Assembly: GCA_047601445.1 (NCBI GenBank)
Contig: JASGJH010000001.1
Coordinates: 9,088,001 to 9,152,000, forward strand
Direction: 5' to 3'
Origin: Myxococcales bacterium
GTDB lineage: Bacteria > Myxococcota_A > Polyangia > Polyangiales > DASUME01
Length of the DNA: 64,000 bases
Shown: positions 1 to 11,977 of the stretch, piece by piece
How the letters are laid out: each line of letters opens with the position of its first letter
Position numbering within the stretch: position 1 is the first letter of the stretch
Made by a program: the position numbers and the translations under genes
Notes under the pieces: model-generated
The model's input: the letters and a program-made list of their open reading frames with translations, nothing else
What the model was told of the DNA's origin: nothing
Databases searched by the model: none

Positions 1-336
1 TGGAACGCGGCCCAGCGCCAGCTGCTCTGGGAGGGACGCATCCACAACTACCTGCGCATGTTGTGGGGCAAGAAGATCCTCGAGTGGACACGGCATCCGC
101 GTGAGGCACTCGAGATCATGATCCAGCTCAACAACAAGTACGCCGTGGACGGGCGCGATCCCAACTCCTACTCCGGCATCTTTTGGGTGCTCGGGCGCTA
201 CGACCGCCCCTGGGCACCCAAGCGGAAGATCTTCGGCAGCATTCGCTACATGAGCAGCGCGTCCACTCAGCGAAAGCTACGCCTGCGTCGCTATCTCGAG
301 CATTACGGAAGTGCCGCCCAGGGAGAGCTGTTCTGA
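1..336 (+). CDS. phr: Class II CPD (deoxyribodipyrimidine) photolyase, C-terminal part (5' end outside window)
   Basis: Frame 1 from base 1 reads WNAAQRQLLWEGRIHNYLRMLWGKKILEW...LNNKYAVDGRDPNSYSGIFW...DRPW...IFGSIRYM, the class II photolyase FAD-binding C-terminus. Confidence 0.9.
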   Translation, partial: WNAAQRQLLWEGRIHNYLRMLWGKKILEWTRHPREALEIMIQLNNKYAVDGRDPNSYSGIFWVLGRYDRPWAPKRKIFGSIRYMSSASTQRKLRLRRYLEHYGSAAQGELF

Positions 337-1352
337 GGCCTCGACGGGCCCTCTGTGGCTGCGGGCAGTACGTCCTCCGGGAAGTCCAGCTGACGCGCGG
401 GGGGGCGCGCACGTTGACCCTGGACCAGTCGCTCGTCGAGGAAACGCGGGAACTCACGGGCGTGATCGCGTGTCGCACTCAGCGCGAGTGCGAGCTTGCG
501 AGGCGTGGGCACCACGGCGCGTCCGCAGCGCGGATCGTAATCCCGAGCGGCGACCAGGAGACCGATCGCGTGATAGAGGCGGCTCGCAGCGCGCACGGCG
601 AGGCCGGCCGTGAAGGGCAGTGCGCTGATGCCTCGTTCGGCGGAGGTGTAGTAGCGATCGGCTTCGCGTAGCAGGGTGCGCATCACCTCCTGCATGGCGG
701 AGAGCAGCGCTGGGTCGCTGGGGAAGGGCCCGCGGATGTCGCGCGGCAGCTGGGTCGCGCCGGCGGCGAGCAAGAGCCGGCGGGGTAGGTAAAGGCGGCC
801 GAGTCCCCAATCTTCCTGGACGTCGCGACAGATGTTGGTGAGCTGCATGGCGATGCCGAGGTGGGCGGCCGGCAACAGCGCGTCGTCGCGTGTGATGCCG
901 AAGACGTGGCACATCATCAGGCCCACCACGCCCGCCACGCGGTGGCAGTAAAGCAACAGATCGTCGAGGGTCTCGTAGCGTGCGCCGAGCACGTCCATGC
1001 CCATGCCGTCGATCAGCTCACGCGGATAGCGTATGGGGAGCCCCGAGTTGAGCGCCACCGCCCTGAAAGCACGCAGGGCTGGGTCACCGAGGGCCGTGGC
1101 CATGTCGGGCTCGGCGTAGCACTCTTCCAGCTCACGCTTGAGGCGCTCGAGCGCAGCCGGTTGCTCCGCCGCGGGTGCGTCATCGATGGCGTCATCCACG
1201 CGCCGGCAATAGGCGTAGACCGCCGCAGCACGGTCCCGCGCGTCCGGCGCCAGGAACCGCGCAGCCAGGGCGAAGCTCTTGGAGTTCTGCTCGAGGATCT
1301 CTCGGCACTCACGCAGGGCGAGCGCATGCGAAGGAGAGTTGGGCTGACTCAC
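303..1352 (-). CDS. crtB: Phytoene synthase
   Basis: SKSFALAA, YAYCRRVDDAID, YCHRVAGVVGLM, AMQLTNICRDVQED..GRLYLP; GTG start overlaps the crtI stop (GTGA). Confidence 0.92.
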   Translation of the reverse strand: MSQPNSPSHALALRECREILEQNSKSFALAARFLAPDARDRAAAVYAYCRRVDDAIDDAPAAEQPAALERLKRELEECYAEPDMATALGDPALRAFRAVALNSGLPIRYPRELIDGMGMDVLGARYETLDDLLLYCHRVAGVVGLMMCHVFGITRDDALLPAAHLGIAMQLTNICRDVQEDWGLGRLYLPRRLLLAAGATQLPRDIRGPFPSDPALLSAMQEVMRTLLREADRYYTSAERGISALPFTAGLAVRAASRLYHAIGLLVAARDYDPRCGRAVVPTPRKLALALSATRDHAREFPRFLDERLVQGQRARPPARQLDFPEDVLPAATEGPSRPQNSSPWAALP

Positions 1353-2953
1353 GGGAAGTCCTCCAGGATGACGCTGGTGGTGGCTTTGGCGGAGTTGATG
1401 ACGCCTGGCATGCCAGCGCCCGGGTGGGTGCCGGCCCCCACGATATACAGGCCGGGGATGTGCTCGTCGCGGTTGTGGGGGCGAAACCAGGCGCTCTGGG
1501 TGAGCGTCGGAGCGCACGAGAAGGCCGAGCCCTGAAAGGAGCGCAAATCGCTCGCAAAGCCCTGCGGAGTGAGCCAGCGCTTGACCACCACGTGGTCACG
1601 CAGGTTCGGCAACCAGCGTTCGAGGTAGGCCAAGATGCGATCCGCGTAGACGGGGCCCAGCGTCTGCCAATCGAGCGCCGCGTGTCCGAGGTGCGGCACC
1701 GGCGACAGCACGTAGAAGCTATCGCAGCCGGGCGGCGCAAGGCTGGGATCGGTCACGCTTGGTGCGTGCAAATACAGGCTGAAGTCGTCGGGCAATCGAT
1801 GGCCGCCGAAGATGTCGCGCAGCAGCTCTTCGTAGCGCGGACCGAAGATCACCGTGTGGTGGACGACCTCGTCGCGGTAGGTGCGATCGGTGCCGAAATA
1901 CAGCACGAACAGGCTCATCGACCAGTCCATGCGCGCGAGGCGAGCCGCCTTGCGGCGCGCGGTGCGCTCGCCAGCGAAGAGCGTGTGATAGGTGTGATGG
2001 ATGTCGGCGTTGGAAACCACCAGATCGAAGCGCTCGCTCGACTCGTGGCCCTCCACCCGCAGCCAGTGCTCCGCGCCCTTGTGGCCCCGTCGCACGTCGA
2101 TGCCAGCGACCGGCGCGTCGAGCCTCAGTTCGCCGCCGAGTTCCTCGAACAGCTTGACCAGGGCCTGCACCAGGGCGCCCGTGCCGCCCAGCGGGAACAG
2201 CACGCCCCACTTCTTCTCCAAATAGTGGATCAGCGTGTAGATGCTGCTGGTGGCGAAGGGATTCCCTCCCACGAGCAGCGAGTGAAAGCTGAGGGCTTGA
2301 CGCAGATGCTCGTCCTTCACAAAGCGGCTCACCGTGCTGTAGACCGAGCGGTCTGCGCGCAGGCGCATGAGGTCCGGCGCGCAACGCACCATGTCCGAGA
2401 AGCGCAAGAATGGCGTGGCGACGAGCTCCGTGTAGCCCACGTCGAACACACGCTTGGAGTACTCCACGAATTCCAGATAGCCCTGGGCGTCGTGCGGGCT
2501 GCGCTCGCGGATTTGCTCCAGCATGCGCTCCGTGCTGCCCACGTAGTCGAATGCATCCCCGTCGGCCCACGCGAGCCGGTAGAAGGGCGTGACGGGTACC
2601 AAGGTGACGTAGTCGGAGAGCTTGCGTCCACACAGCTCGAACAGCTCCTCGATGCAGTGCGGCGCCGTGATCACGGTCGGCCCACCATCGAACGTGAAGC
2701 CCTGCTCCTGGTACACGTAAGCGCGCCCACCTGGCTTGTCGCGGGCCTCGAAGATGACCACGTCGAACCCTGCGTGCTGCAGCCGAATCGCCGCCGCCAG
2801 CCCGCCGAAGCCGCTGCCCACCACGGCTACCCGTGCGCGCCGTCCATGCTCCGGGGTCGCGCCCGCCTTCGCGCGCGGCTCGCGATCGCGGCCCTGGCGC
2901 GTGCGTGCGCCGCTCACGGGCGTCACGCCACCTGCTGGTTTTGCCTCAGCCAT
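1349..2953 (-). CDS. crtI: Phytoene desaturase (bacterial CrtI type)
   Basis: VVGSGFGGLAAA Rossmann motif, GFTFDGGPTVIT, QSAWFRPHNRD, GAGTHPGAGMPGV. Confidence 0.95.
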   Translation of the reverse strand: MAEAKPAGGVTPVSGARTRQGRDREPRAKAGATPEHGRRARVAVVGSGFGGLAAAIRLQHAGFDVVIFEARDKPGGRAYVYQEQGFTFDGGPTVITAPHCIEELFELCGRKLSDYVTLVPVTPFYRLAWADGDAFDYVGSTERMLEQIRERSPHDAQGYLEFVEYSKRVFDVGYTELVATPFLRFSDMVRCAPDLMRLRADRSVYSTVSRFVKDEHLRQALSFHSLLVGGNPFATSSIYTLIHYLEKKWGVLFPLGGTGALVQALVKLFEELGGELRLDAPVAGIDVRRGHKGAEHWLRVEGHESSERFDLVVSNADIHHTYHTLFAGERTARRKAARLARMDWSMSLFVLYFGTDRTYRDEVVHHTVIFGPRYEELLRDIFGGHRLPDDFSLYLHAPSVTDPSLAPPGCDSFYVLSPVPHLGHAALDWQTLGPVYADRILAYLERWLPNLRDHVVVKRWLTPQGFASDLRSFQGSAFSCAPTLTQSAWFRPHNRDEHIPGLYIVGAGTHPGAGMPGVINSAKATTSVILEDFP

Positions 2954-3983
2954 AGCTCTGTTCCAGTCGTGCGAGCTCGGCCGCCAGCGCCTCGAGCGCC
3001 GCGCCGTGGGAGAATGCGCCCTCGAGCTCCTGCATGGCTGCGCCCACGGCGAGCCGAACGCGCGCTCGCCCCAGCGGCTCCACGGCCTGTGCCAGGCGTT
3101 GCTTGAGCTCCACCAGCTGTTCGCCGCGCCCCACTTGCTTCGAGAGTTGCTTGTAGCTGAGTTGGTCCAGGCTCTCCGCTGCCCACGCCCACACCCAGTT
3201 CACGCGCTGTCCGCGCAAGTCCTCGAGCGCCTTGTCCTGGCGCTCCGGCGCCACGAAGGCACCCAGGTCGTCGAGCATCTGCAGCACCGTGCCAGTGCGC
3301 TCCCCAAAGCGCGCCAGCGCTTCCACATCCGCAGCGCGCGCCTGGGCCACCAGCGCTCCCAGGCGTGCGGCGAAAGCCATCAAGGCACCGGTCTTGAGCT
3401 GACTCGTGGTGTGCGCCACCGCGGGCACCTCGGCGCGCTTCAGCTCGGAGATGTTCAGCGCCAGGTCGAGCGCTTGCCCCTCGTGACAGCGCAAGAAGCA
3501 GCGATGGGCGGCTCGCGTGGTGGCCAGCGCGCGTTCGGGCTCGAGCTCGAGCTCATCGAGCTTGCTCAAGGCCACGAAGTACAGCCAGTTGCCCACGTTG
3601 AGCGCGCGGGGCATGCCCAGCTGCCGATGGAGCGCCGGCGCACCGCGACGTTCTTCGGCGTCGTCCTGGATGTCGTCGACGATGAGCGAGCCCGCGTGCA
3701 AGAGCTCGATGGCTTCGAGAGCTGCCCTGGGCGGCTGTCGCGCCAGGCCACCCGCCAGGCCGTAGCTCGCCTCCACCAGGCGCGCGCGGAAGGCCTTGCC
3801 GGGCCGGGACAAGAACTCCTTGGCACCTGCGAACAGGGCGCGCTCGAAGAGCTGGGGGTCGATGCCCAGGCCCGCGCACTGCCGTGCCTCGTTTTCCAGG
3901 GCGAACGAGAGGCCGTCAGCCTTGGCGTCGGCGTTGGGCTCGCCGTGCGTCTCGGACGGGTCGGGTTGGGGACCTGGCTTCAT
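2946..3983 (-). CDS. crtE: Polyprenyl diphosphate (GGPP) synthase
   Basis: GKAFR, ELLHAGSLIVDDIQDD..RRG (FARM), GQALDL, KTGALM; second Asp-rich motif degenerate (LDDLGA); located in the crt operon. Confidence 0.8.
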   Translation of the reverse strand: MKPGPQPDPSETHGEPNADAKADGLSFALENEARQCAGLGIDPQLFERALFAGAKEFLSRPGKAFRARLVEASYGLAGGLARQPPRAALEAIELLHAGSLIVDDIQDDAEERRGAPALHRQLGMPRALNVGNWLYFVALSKLDELELEPERALATTRAAHRCFLRCHEGQALDLALNISELKRAEVPAVAHTTSQLKTGALMAFAARLGALVAQARAADVEALARFGERTGTVLQMLDDLGAFVAPERQDKALEDLRGQRVNWVWAWAAESLDQLSYKQLSKQVGRGEQLVELKQRLAQAVEPLGRARVRLAVGAAMQELEGAFSHGAALEALAAELARLEQSYG

Positions 3984-5152
3984 GGCAGCTGCTCCAGCTG
4001 CACGCCGCGCGCGCTGCGCAACATGTCCAGGGCCCGCTTGAGCGACAGCCCGCGCGGGGGCGCCCCCATGAAGATGCGCGCGCGGTCCGCGGCGCTCAGC
4101 TCCGCAGCGTAGAATCGCTCGATCAACGGCGCGGGCAGGCGATAAAAATGCTCGAGCACCTCGAACCTCCGCTCGGGCTCGAAGAGTCCGAACATCATGC
4201 GCGTGAGCAAGAAGAGAAATGGCTGTTGTTCGGCGTGCTGCACACGGAAGCGCGCGAGGGCGGAGTCGGCGGCGCGCGGCGCGTGGCGACTCTGGGCCAG
4301 GGCGCTCGCAAAGCGCACCGCGATCGGAAACGAGTAGCCAGTGACCGGATGGAAGAAGCCTGCGCCATAGCCCGCTGCCAGCGCTCCCCCGGAGGCCTCG
4401 ACTTGCTCGGCCTTCCAGGGCATCGGCAAGCTCCCGCGCTCCTCGCGCAACACCTCACGAACCTCAAACCCTTGCTCCCGTGCATAGCTCAGGATGCGGG
4501 CCTTGGAGGCCTCGGCATCGAGGCCGGCGTGATCGGAGAAGAAGGTCTCTTCGAACAAGAAGCGCTCGTCTCCAAAGGGCAGCACGTACATGAAGCGGAA
4601 GCCGTCGTGTTGGGACAGGCACGCATCGATGATCAACGGCTCGGTCGCTGCGGGGGCCTTGACCCTTGCCCGCAGCTCGAGTCCGACGAACTTTTGGAAG
4701 CCTTGCGCGTCGTGGGCGAGGGAGCGCGGCCCGCGGGCATCCACCACGAACCTGGCGCGCAGCACCTCGCCGTCGGACAGCTGGACCTCTTCACGCGCGA
4801 GCTGCGTCACCTCGGTGCCCAGTCGCAACGAGCAACCTGGGCGCATCAGCTGGGCGCTGAGCACGTCGTGCAGTCGTTCGCTCGTCACGCAGCCGTAGGC
4901 AGAGGCGAGGCGTCGGGCTCGGCGCGGGAAGCGCACGTGGTAGCCGTCCCAGCGTGCCACCACCAGGGGCTCCACCCAGGCTCCGTGCTCGGCTCGCACG
5001 TCACGCGCGTGAAAGCACCAGGTGTGATTGCCGCCCAAGCGCCCCTCGCGCTCGACGACGGCCACGCGAAGTCCCGGCTCGACGTCCAGCAGCGCCAGCA
5101 CGCTCAATGCGGTGGTCAGGCCGCCCCCGACGAACAGGTAGTCGTAGTGCAT
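3980..5152 (-). CDS. crtY: Lycopene beta-cyclase (CrtY type)
   Basis: VGGGL, GGNHTWCFH, GFQKFVGLE, DGFRFMYVLPF, REERGSLPM, GFFHPVTGYSFP, LEHFYRLP..LIERFYA; start placed at ATG 5152. Confidence 0.9.
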   Translation of the reverse strand: MHYDYLFVGGGLTTALSVLALLDVEPGLRVAVVEREGRLGGNHTWCFHARDVRAEHGAWVEPLVVARWDGYHVRFPRRARRLASAYGCVTSERLHDVLSAQLMRPGCSLRLGTEVTQLAREEVQLSDGEVLRARFVVDARGPRSLAHDAQGFQKFVGLELRARVKAPAATEPLIIDACLSQHDGFRFMYVLPFGDERFLFEETFFSDHAGLDAEASKARILSYAREQGFEVREVLREERGSLPMPWKAEQVEASGGALAAGYGAGFFHPVTGYSFPIAVRFASALAQSRHAPRAADSALARFRVQHAEQQPFLFLLTRMMFGLFEPERRFEVLEHFYRLPAPLIERFYAAELSAADRARIFMGAPPRGLSLKRALDMLRSARGVQLEQLP

Positions 5153-5192
5153 GACAGGTTTCTCTCCCTGGGAGGACACCCTCTCCAGACGT

Positions 5193-5299
5193 TGGACACA
5201 CCTTGTACAACACTGCCGGCTTGTTCAAACCAAAATCATCTACGCGTCGGTATCTGCTGTGAAACTCCTGTTCGAGTATCTATGGACAAACCTTGTTTA
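5193..5299. promoter_or_regulatory. Two copies of a 17-bp motif with 11-bp phased TnnACA-like cores upstream of crtY; candidate CarA/CarH-type operator
   Basis: TGGACACACCTTGTACA (5193-5209) and TGGACAAACCTTGTTTA (5283-5299) in the AT-richer gap just upstream of the crt operon. Confidence 0.5.
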
Positions 5300-5301
5300 G
5301 T

Positions 5302-6510
5302 TCAGCTAGGGTCGATGTCGACCCCTTCGCTGACCTGATCGCTCGGGTACAGGATGACGGCCGCCTTTTCGGTCACGCCCTGCTTTACCTGCACCCAGTC
5401 GGGCGTGCGCGCCCCCAGCTCCAGCGGAGCCTTCTCGGCCTTGCCGGCCTCCACCTTGTAGACCGCCCAGGTGTTGCCATCGCGGAAGGTCGCGCTCGCA
5501 GGGACCACCAGCGCGTCGGAAATCAGTGCGGTGCGGATGCGGGCTTCCACGCGATAGCCGTCGCTGAGCGCGGTCCAGGTTTCGTACGGGTCCACCAAAT
5601 CGAGCACCACGGGCACACGCTGTTCCTCCACGCCCAGCGCGCTGCGTGTCGTGAACGCGGAGGGCTCCTTGCGCCGTACGCGAGCGGCGATCGGCTTGTC
5701 CCCGCCCCAGCGCTCGATGCGCGCTGCGGTGCCAGGTTCGATCTTCACGGCCTCTGTACTCAACACGTCCACCACGACCTCGAGCTTGCTTGGATCTCCC
5801 ACTTCGATGAGCGGCATGCCAGGTTGCACCACGGCTTCGCTCTCTTGGTAGACCCTGAGCACACGTCCGCTAATGGGAGCATTCAAGGTCAGGGCCGCCG
5901 AGGCGTTCTTGTTGTTGCCCGACATCGAAGCGATGGCCGCGCGGGCCATATTCAGCTCGTTCTCCGCCACGCGCTCGCCGAACTGGGCCGCCGCATAGTC
6001 CTCCTCGGCCGCCCGCAGCTGGAACTCGCTCTGGTCGAGCGCCTGCTTGGACGTGCCCTGGCTAGCGTGCAGGGTGCGCAGTCGAGAGGCCTCGTCGCGC
6101 GCGAAGCCGAGCGCCGCCTCGGCGCGCTTGATGCTCACGCGGGCTCGCTCCAGGTTGGCCTCCGACATGGCCGCGCGAGCCACCGACTCCGAGCGGGTTC
6201 GCTGATCGAGCAGGCCTGGCGCCACCGGCGAGATCTCGGCCAACACTGCGCCCTCCACGACCTCATCGCCCGGCTTCAGCGAGATGCGTCCGAGGTTCCC
6301 CACCACCGGGGCCGATACCACGTAGCGCGATTTGATGCGGGTCTTGCCGGACTCGTCGACGGTGACCTCGAGCTCTCGCCGCTCCACCTTGCCCAACACC
6401 ACCGCGATTGGCTTGGGCACGAATCCAAGCGAGATCAACACGGCTGCGAGGAGCAGTACGCTCCCTGTGATCAAGCGTCCCAAAAGGCGTCGTCGTTTGC
6501 GCTGATCCAT
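5302..6510 (-). CDS. Efflux transporter periplasmic adaptor (HlyD/MFP family)
   Basis: N-terminal TM, lipoyl-like halves (VSAPVVG..LKPGDEV; LNAPISGRVL), coiled hairpin, SALGVEEQRVPV. Confidence 0.88.
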   Translation of the reverse strand: MDQRKRRRLLGRLITGSVLLLAAVLISLGFVPKPIAVVLGKVERRELEVTVDESGKTRIKSRYVVSAPVVGNLGRISLKPGDEVVEGAVLAEISPVAPGLLDQRTRSESVARAAMSEANLERARVSIKRAEAALGFARDEASRLRTLHASQGTSKQALDQSEFQLRAAEEDYAAAQFGERVAENELNMARAAIASMSGNNKNASAALTLNAPISGRVLRVYQESEAVVQPGMPLIEVGDPSKLEVVVDVLSTEAVKIEPGTAARIERWGGDKPIAARVRRKEPSAFTTRSALGVEEQRVPVVLDLVDPYETWTALSDGYRVEARIRTALISDALVVPASATFRDGNTWAVYKVEAGKAEKAPLELGARTPDWVQVKQGVTEKAAVILYPSDQVSEGVDIDPS

Positions 6511-6512
6511 GG

Positions 6513-8870
<2,358 letters not shown>

Positions 8871-8874
<4 letters not shown>

Positions 8875-9599
8875 CAGCTCAGCTCCGCGGGTGACAGTGG
8901 CTTTTCGTTGCGACGTTCGGTCTGGATGCGGCCGTCGGACAGCGTGAGGACGCGGTCGGCCATCTCGCCAACGGGCGCGTTGTGCGTGATCACTGCGGTA
9001 GCCGTGCCGAGCTCGCGATTGACGTGTTGGATGACCTCCAGCACGCGCACGCCGGTGCGGAAATCGAGGGCGCCGGTGGGCTCGTCGCAGAGCAGGATGT
9101 GAGGGCGCTTGGCGACCGCGCGCGCGATGGCCACGCGCTGCTGCTCACCGCCGGAGAGCTGGGCCGGGAAGTGGTCGAGGCGCTCGCCGAGGCCCACCAG
9201 CGAGAGGGCCTCCTCGGGCTCGAGCGGGTCATCCACGATGTCGGTCACGAGTGCCACGTTTTCCCGCGCAGTGAGGCTGGGGATCAAGTTGTAGAACTGG
9301 AACACGAAGCCCACGTGGTTGCGCCGATAGGCCGTGAGCTCCGCCTCGCCGGCGCGCGAGAGGTTGCCGCCGCGGTACAGCACGTCGCCCGAGGTGGGCG
9401 TGTCGAGTCCCCCCAAGATGTTGAGCAAGGTGGACTTGCCGCTGCCGGACGCGCCGAGCAGCACCACCAGCTCGCTCGGGTAGAGCGCGAAGTTCACCGA
9501 GTTGAGTGCGTGCACGGCGACCTCGCCCATTTGGTAGGTCTTGCTGATGTTGTTGGCCGAAAGCACGGGCTCGACGCCCCTGGCGCTGGAGACAGCCAT
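8871..9599 (-). CDS. ABC transporter ATP-binding protein (LolD/MacB family)
   Basis: Walker [19 protein letters not shown], Walker [17 protein letters not shown]. Confidence 0.95.
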
Positions 9600-9683
9600 G
9601 GTCACCGGCAAAGGTTGGGCGCGTGCGGCCGAGAAGACAAGCGCGAACGCGAGGCTGGTGCGTCGGGTTCGCCGATTATGCTG

Positions 9684-10829
9684 CTACGCGATCGCCTGCC
9701 GAGCGCGCAGCTGCGCGAGCTCGTCGGCTTCGAAACCCCAATCGAGGAGCGCTTCGTCGGTGTGGGCGCCGGGTACGGCCGGCGGGCGCTGAACAGCGCC
9801 GGGCGTACGCGAGAAGCGCGGTGCCGGAGCCGCCTGCAAGGCCTCGGTGGTCACGAAGGTGCCACGCGCGGAGTTGTGAGGATGGGCGGCCGCCTCGCGC
9901 GCCGAGAGCACCGGGGTCACGCATGCATCGCTGCCTTCGAACAGCTGGCTCCACGTGTCGCGGCTCTTGGTCTTGAACAGCTCGCTCAGGATTTGCTTGA
10001 GCTCGGGCCAGCGCTTGCTGTCCATGTGGGCCAGGAAGCGTGGGTCGTCGGAGAGACCCATGATGCGCAAAAATTCCGCGTAAAACTGGGGTTCGATGGC
10101 TCCCACGGCCATGTGTTTCCCGTCCGAGGTTTCGTACACCTCGTAGAAGTGGGCGCCCGTGTCGAGCAGGTTCGTCCCGCGCGGTCCGTTCCACATCCCC
10201 ATGTGCTGGAACGCGTGCATCATGGTGCACAGGAGGGCCGAGCCATCCACCATGGCCGCATCGACCACCTGTCCGCGTCCACTCTTGGAGCGCTCGAGCA
10301 GCGCGGCCATCACACCGCACGCGAGCAACATGCCGCCGCCTCCGAAGTCGGCCACCAGGTTCATGGGCGGCATGGGCTTCTCGCCGGCTCGGCCGATGGG
10401 GTCGAGTGCGCCCGCCAGGGCGATGTAGTTGATGTCGTGACCGGCGCGCTCCGCCCATGGACCGCTCTGCCCCCAGCCCGTCATGCGCCCGTAGACGAGC
10501 TGCGGATTGCGCGCACTGCAGACCTCCGGACCGAGCCCGAGACGTTCCATGACGCCAGGCCGAAAGCCTTCGAGGAGAGCATCGGCGCGCTCGAGTAGAC
10601 GCAGTGCGACCTCGACACCTTGCGCGCTCTTGAGGTTGAGCCCCACGCTGCGTCGCCCACGGTTCAACAGGTCGCGGGATGGCTTGGACTTGTCGCCCTG
10701 GGAGACGAGGTTGTGACGCTCGATGCGCAGCACGTCCGCTCCAAGGTCGGACAACAGCATCGCAGCGAATGGCGCGGGACCAAGTCCCGAAAACTCGATT
10801 ACACGAAAACCAGCGAGAGGGCCCGTCAT
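9684..10829 (-). CDS. mcr: CaiB/BaiF family III CoA-transferase, alpha-methylacyl-CoA racemase-like
   Basis: GPLAGFRVIEFSGLGPAPF, EGFRPGVMERLGLGP, AGHDINYIA, NLVADFGGG, PAPRFSRTP. Confidence 0.85.
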   Translation of the reverse strand: MTGPLAGFRVIEFSGLGPAPFAAMLLSDLGADVLRIERHNLVSQGDKSKPSRDLLNRGRRSVGLNLKSAQGVEVALRLLERADALLEGFRPGVMERLGLGPEVCSARNPQLVYGRMTGWGQSGPWAERAGHDINYIALAGALDPIGRAGEKPMPPMNLVADFGGGGMLLACGVMAALLERSKSGRGQVVDAAMVDGSALLCTMMHAFQHMGMWNGPRGTNLLDTGAHFYEVYETSDGKHMAVGAIEPQFYAEFLRIMGLSDDPRFLAHMDSKRWPELKQILSELFKTKSRDTWSQLFEGSDACVTPVLSAREAAAHPHNSARGTFVTTEALQAAPAPRFSRTPGAVQRPPAVPGAHTDEALLDWGFEADELAQLRARQAIA

Positions 10830-10839
10830 GGGCCCATCA

Positions 10840-11328
10840 TCACCCGAGCGACTTCAGGATCGAAAGGGCTTCGTCCACGTGTTGCGTCGCATTGATCTGC
10901 GAGTTGAACGCGTGGCGAATCACGCCCTGCTTGTCGATCACGTAAGTCACGCGTCCAGGTAGAAGTCCCATCGTCGCTGGCACGCCGAAGCTCGCGCGAA
11001 CCTTGCCGCCGGCGTCCGATAGCAGGGAGAACGGTAAACGATATTTCTCCGCGAACGCCTTGTGCGACTTCTCGGAGTCCGAGCTGATGCCGAGCACCTC
11101 GCAGCCCACGTCGGTGAAGGCCGTGTACTGATCACGGAACGCACACGACTCCTTGGTGCAGCCGGGGGTGTCGTCCTTCGGATAGAAGTAGACCACCACG
11201 TTCTTCTGGCCGCGGAAGTCGGACAGGGTCACTTGCTTGCCGTCTTGATCTTTGAGACTGAACTCGGGGGCCTTGGCCCCAGCCGCGAGCCCCGTCCCAC
11301 TCCCCAACAGCGTGTCCATGAATCCCAT
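10840..11328 (-). CDS. bcp: Peroxiredoxin (BCP/PrxQ)
   Basis: YFYPKDDTPGCTKESCAFRD. Confidence 0.93.
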   Translation of the reverse strand: MGFMDTLLGSGTGLAAGAKAPEFSLKDQDGKQVTLSDFRGQKNVVVYFYPKDDTPGCTKESCAFRDQYTAFTDVGCEVLGISSDSEKSHKAFAEKYRLPFSLLSDAGGKVRASFGVPATMGLLPGRVTYVIDKQGVIRHAFNSQINATQHVDEALSILKSLG

Positions 11329-11492
11329 GCAGTCCTCCGCTCGTATGCGCGCCCGGCGTGTGTTGGTGACCGGCTGCCTGCGCGGTGGAGACCGCGCGCA
11401 CGTCGATCTCTAGCGGCCGGCCCGGGCCACGTCCACCGCGCCAGCACGACGAGGTAGTACTAAGGGGTGGGCGGCCAAGTGAGGCCCAGCCG

Positions 11493-11858
11493 CTAGAACG
11501 TTACGAGGGTGATCGCCTGCTCGGGGCATGCCTCGACGCACAGACCGCAGGCCTGGCAGCGCGCGGCGTTCGGCGTATAGGCGCTCTTGCGTCCATGGAG
11601 TGCGCTGCGAACGCGGCCCACGAAGGAAAGCAAGTCGTGATCCTCGGCCTCGATGGTTCGCACTTCGAACACGCCGTAGGGGCACAGTCGCACGCACTCG
11701 CCTTTGCCTTCGCAGCGGTTGCGGTCGATCACGGGGAAGTACTGGGCGGGCGCCGCGACACAATGTTCGCCGGGCGGCGGACGATGGTTGGAACGCGGGG
11801 GGTGCGAACCGCGACGTAGTAGGGAGCTCGGCTTCAGGAGCGCTGTCGTTTCACTCAT
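11493..11858 (-). CDS. Bacterial dicluster-type ferredoxin
   Basis: CEGKGECVRLCP and CQACGLCVEACP motifs; start uncertain. Confidence 0.75.
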   Translation of the reverse strand: MSETTALLKPSSLLRRGSHPPRSNHRPPPGEHCVAAPAQYFPVIDRNRCEGKGECVRLCPYGVFEVRTIEAEDHDLLSFVGRVRSALHGRKSAYTPNAARCQACGLCVEACPEQAITLVTF

Positions 11859-11901
11859 GCGGACCTCCGGAATGGTTTTCCCGACCTTGGGGTCGGCAGG
11901 A

Positions 11902-11934
11902 TGCTATGCTGCCTCGATAGTTGAAGTAGTCAAC
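11902..11934 (+). promoter_or_regulatory. Extended -10 element followed by a palindromic MarR-type operator
   Basis: TGCTATGCT (11902-11910), then GTTGA-N5-TCAAC (11920-11934), in the gap between the divergent ferredoxin and marR genes. Confidence 0.5.
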
Positions 11935-11977
11935 ATTAAGTTTTGCAAAGGTCCAGCATCGGAGGAGCACACGGGCC

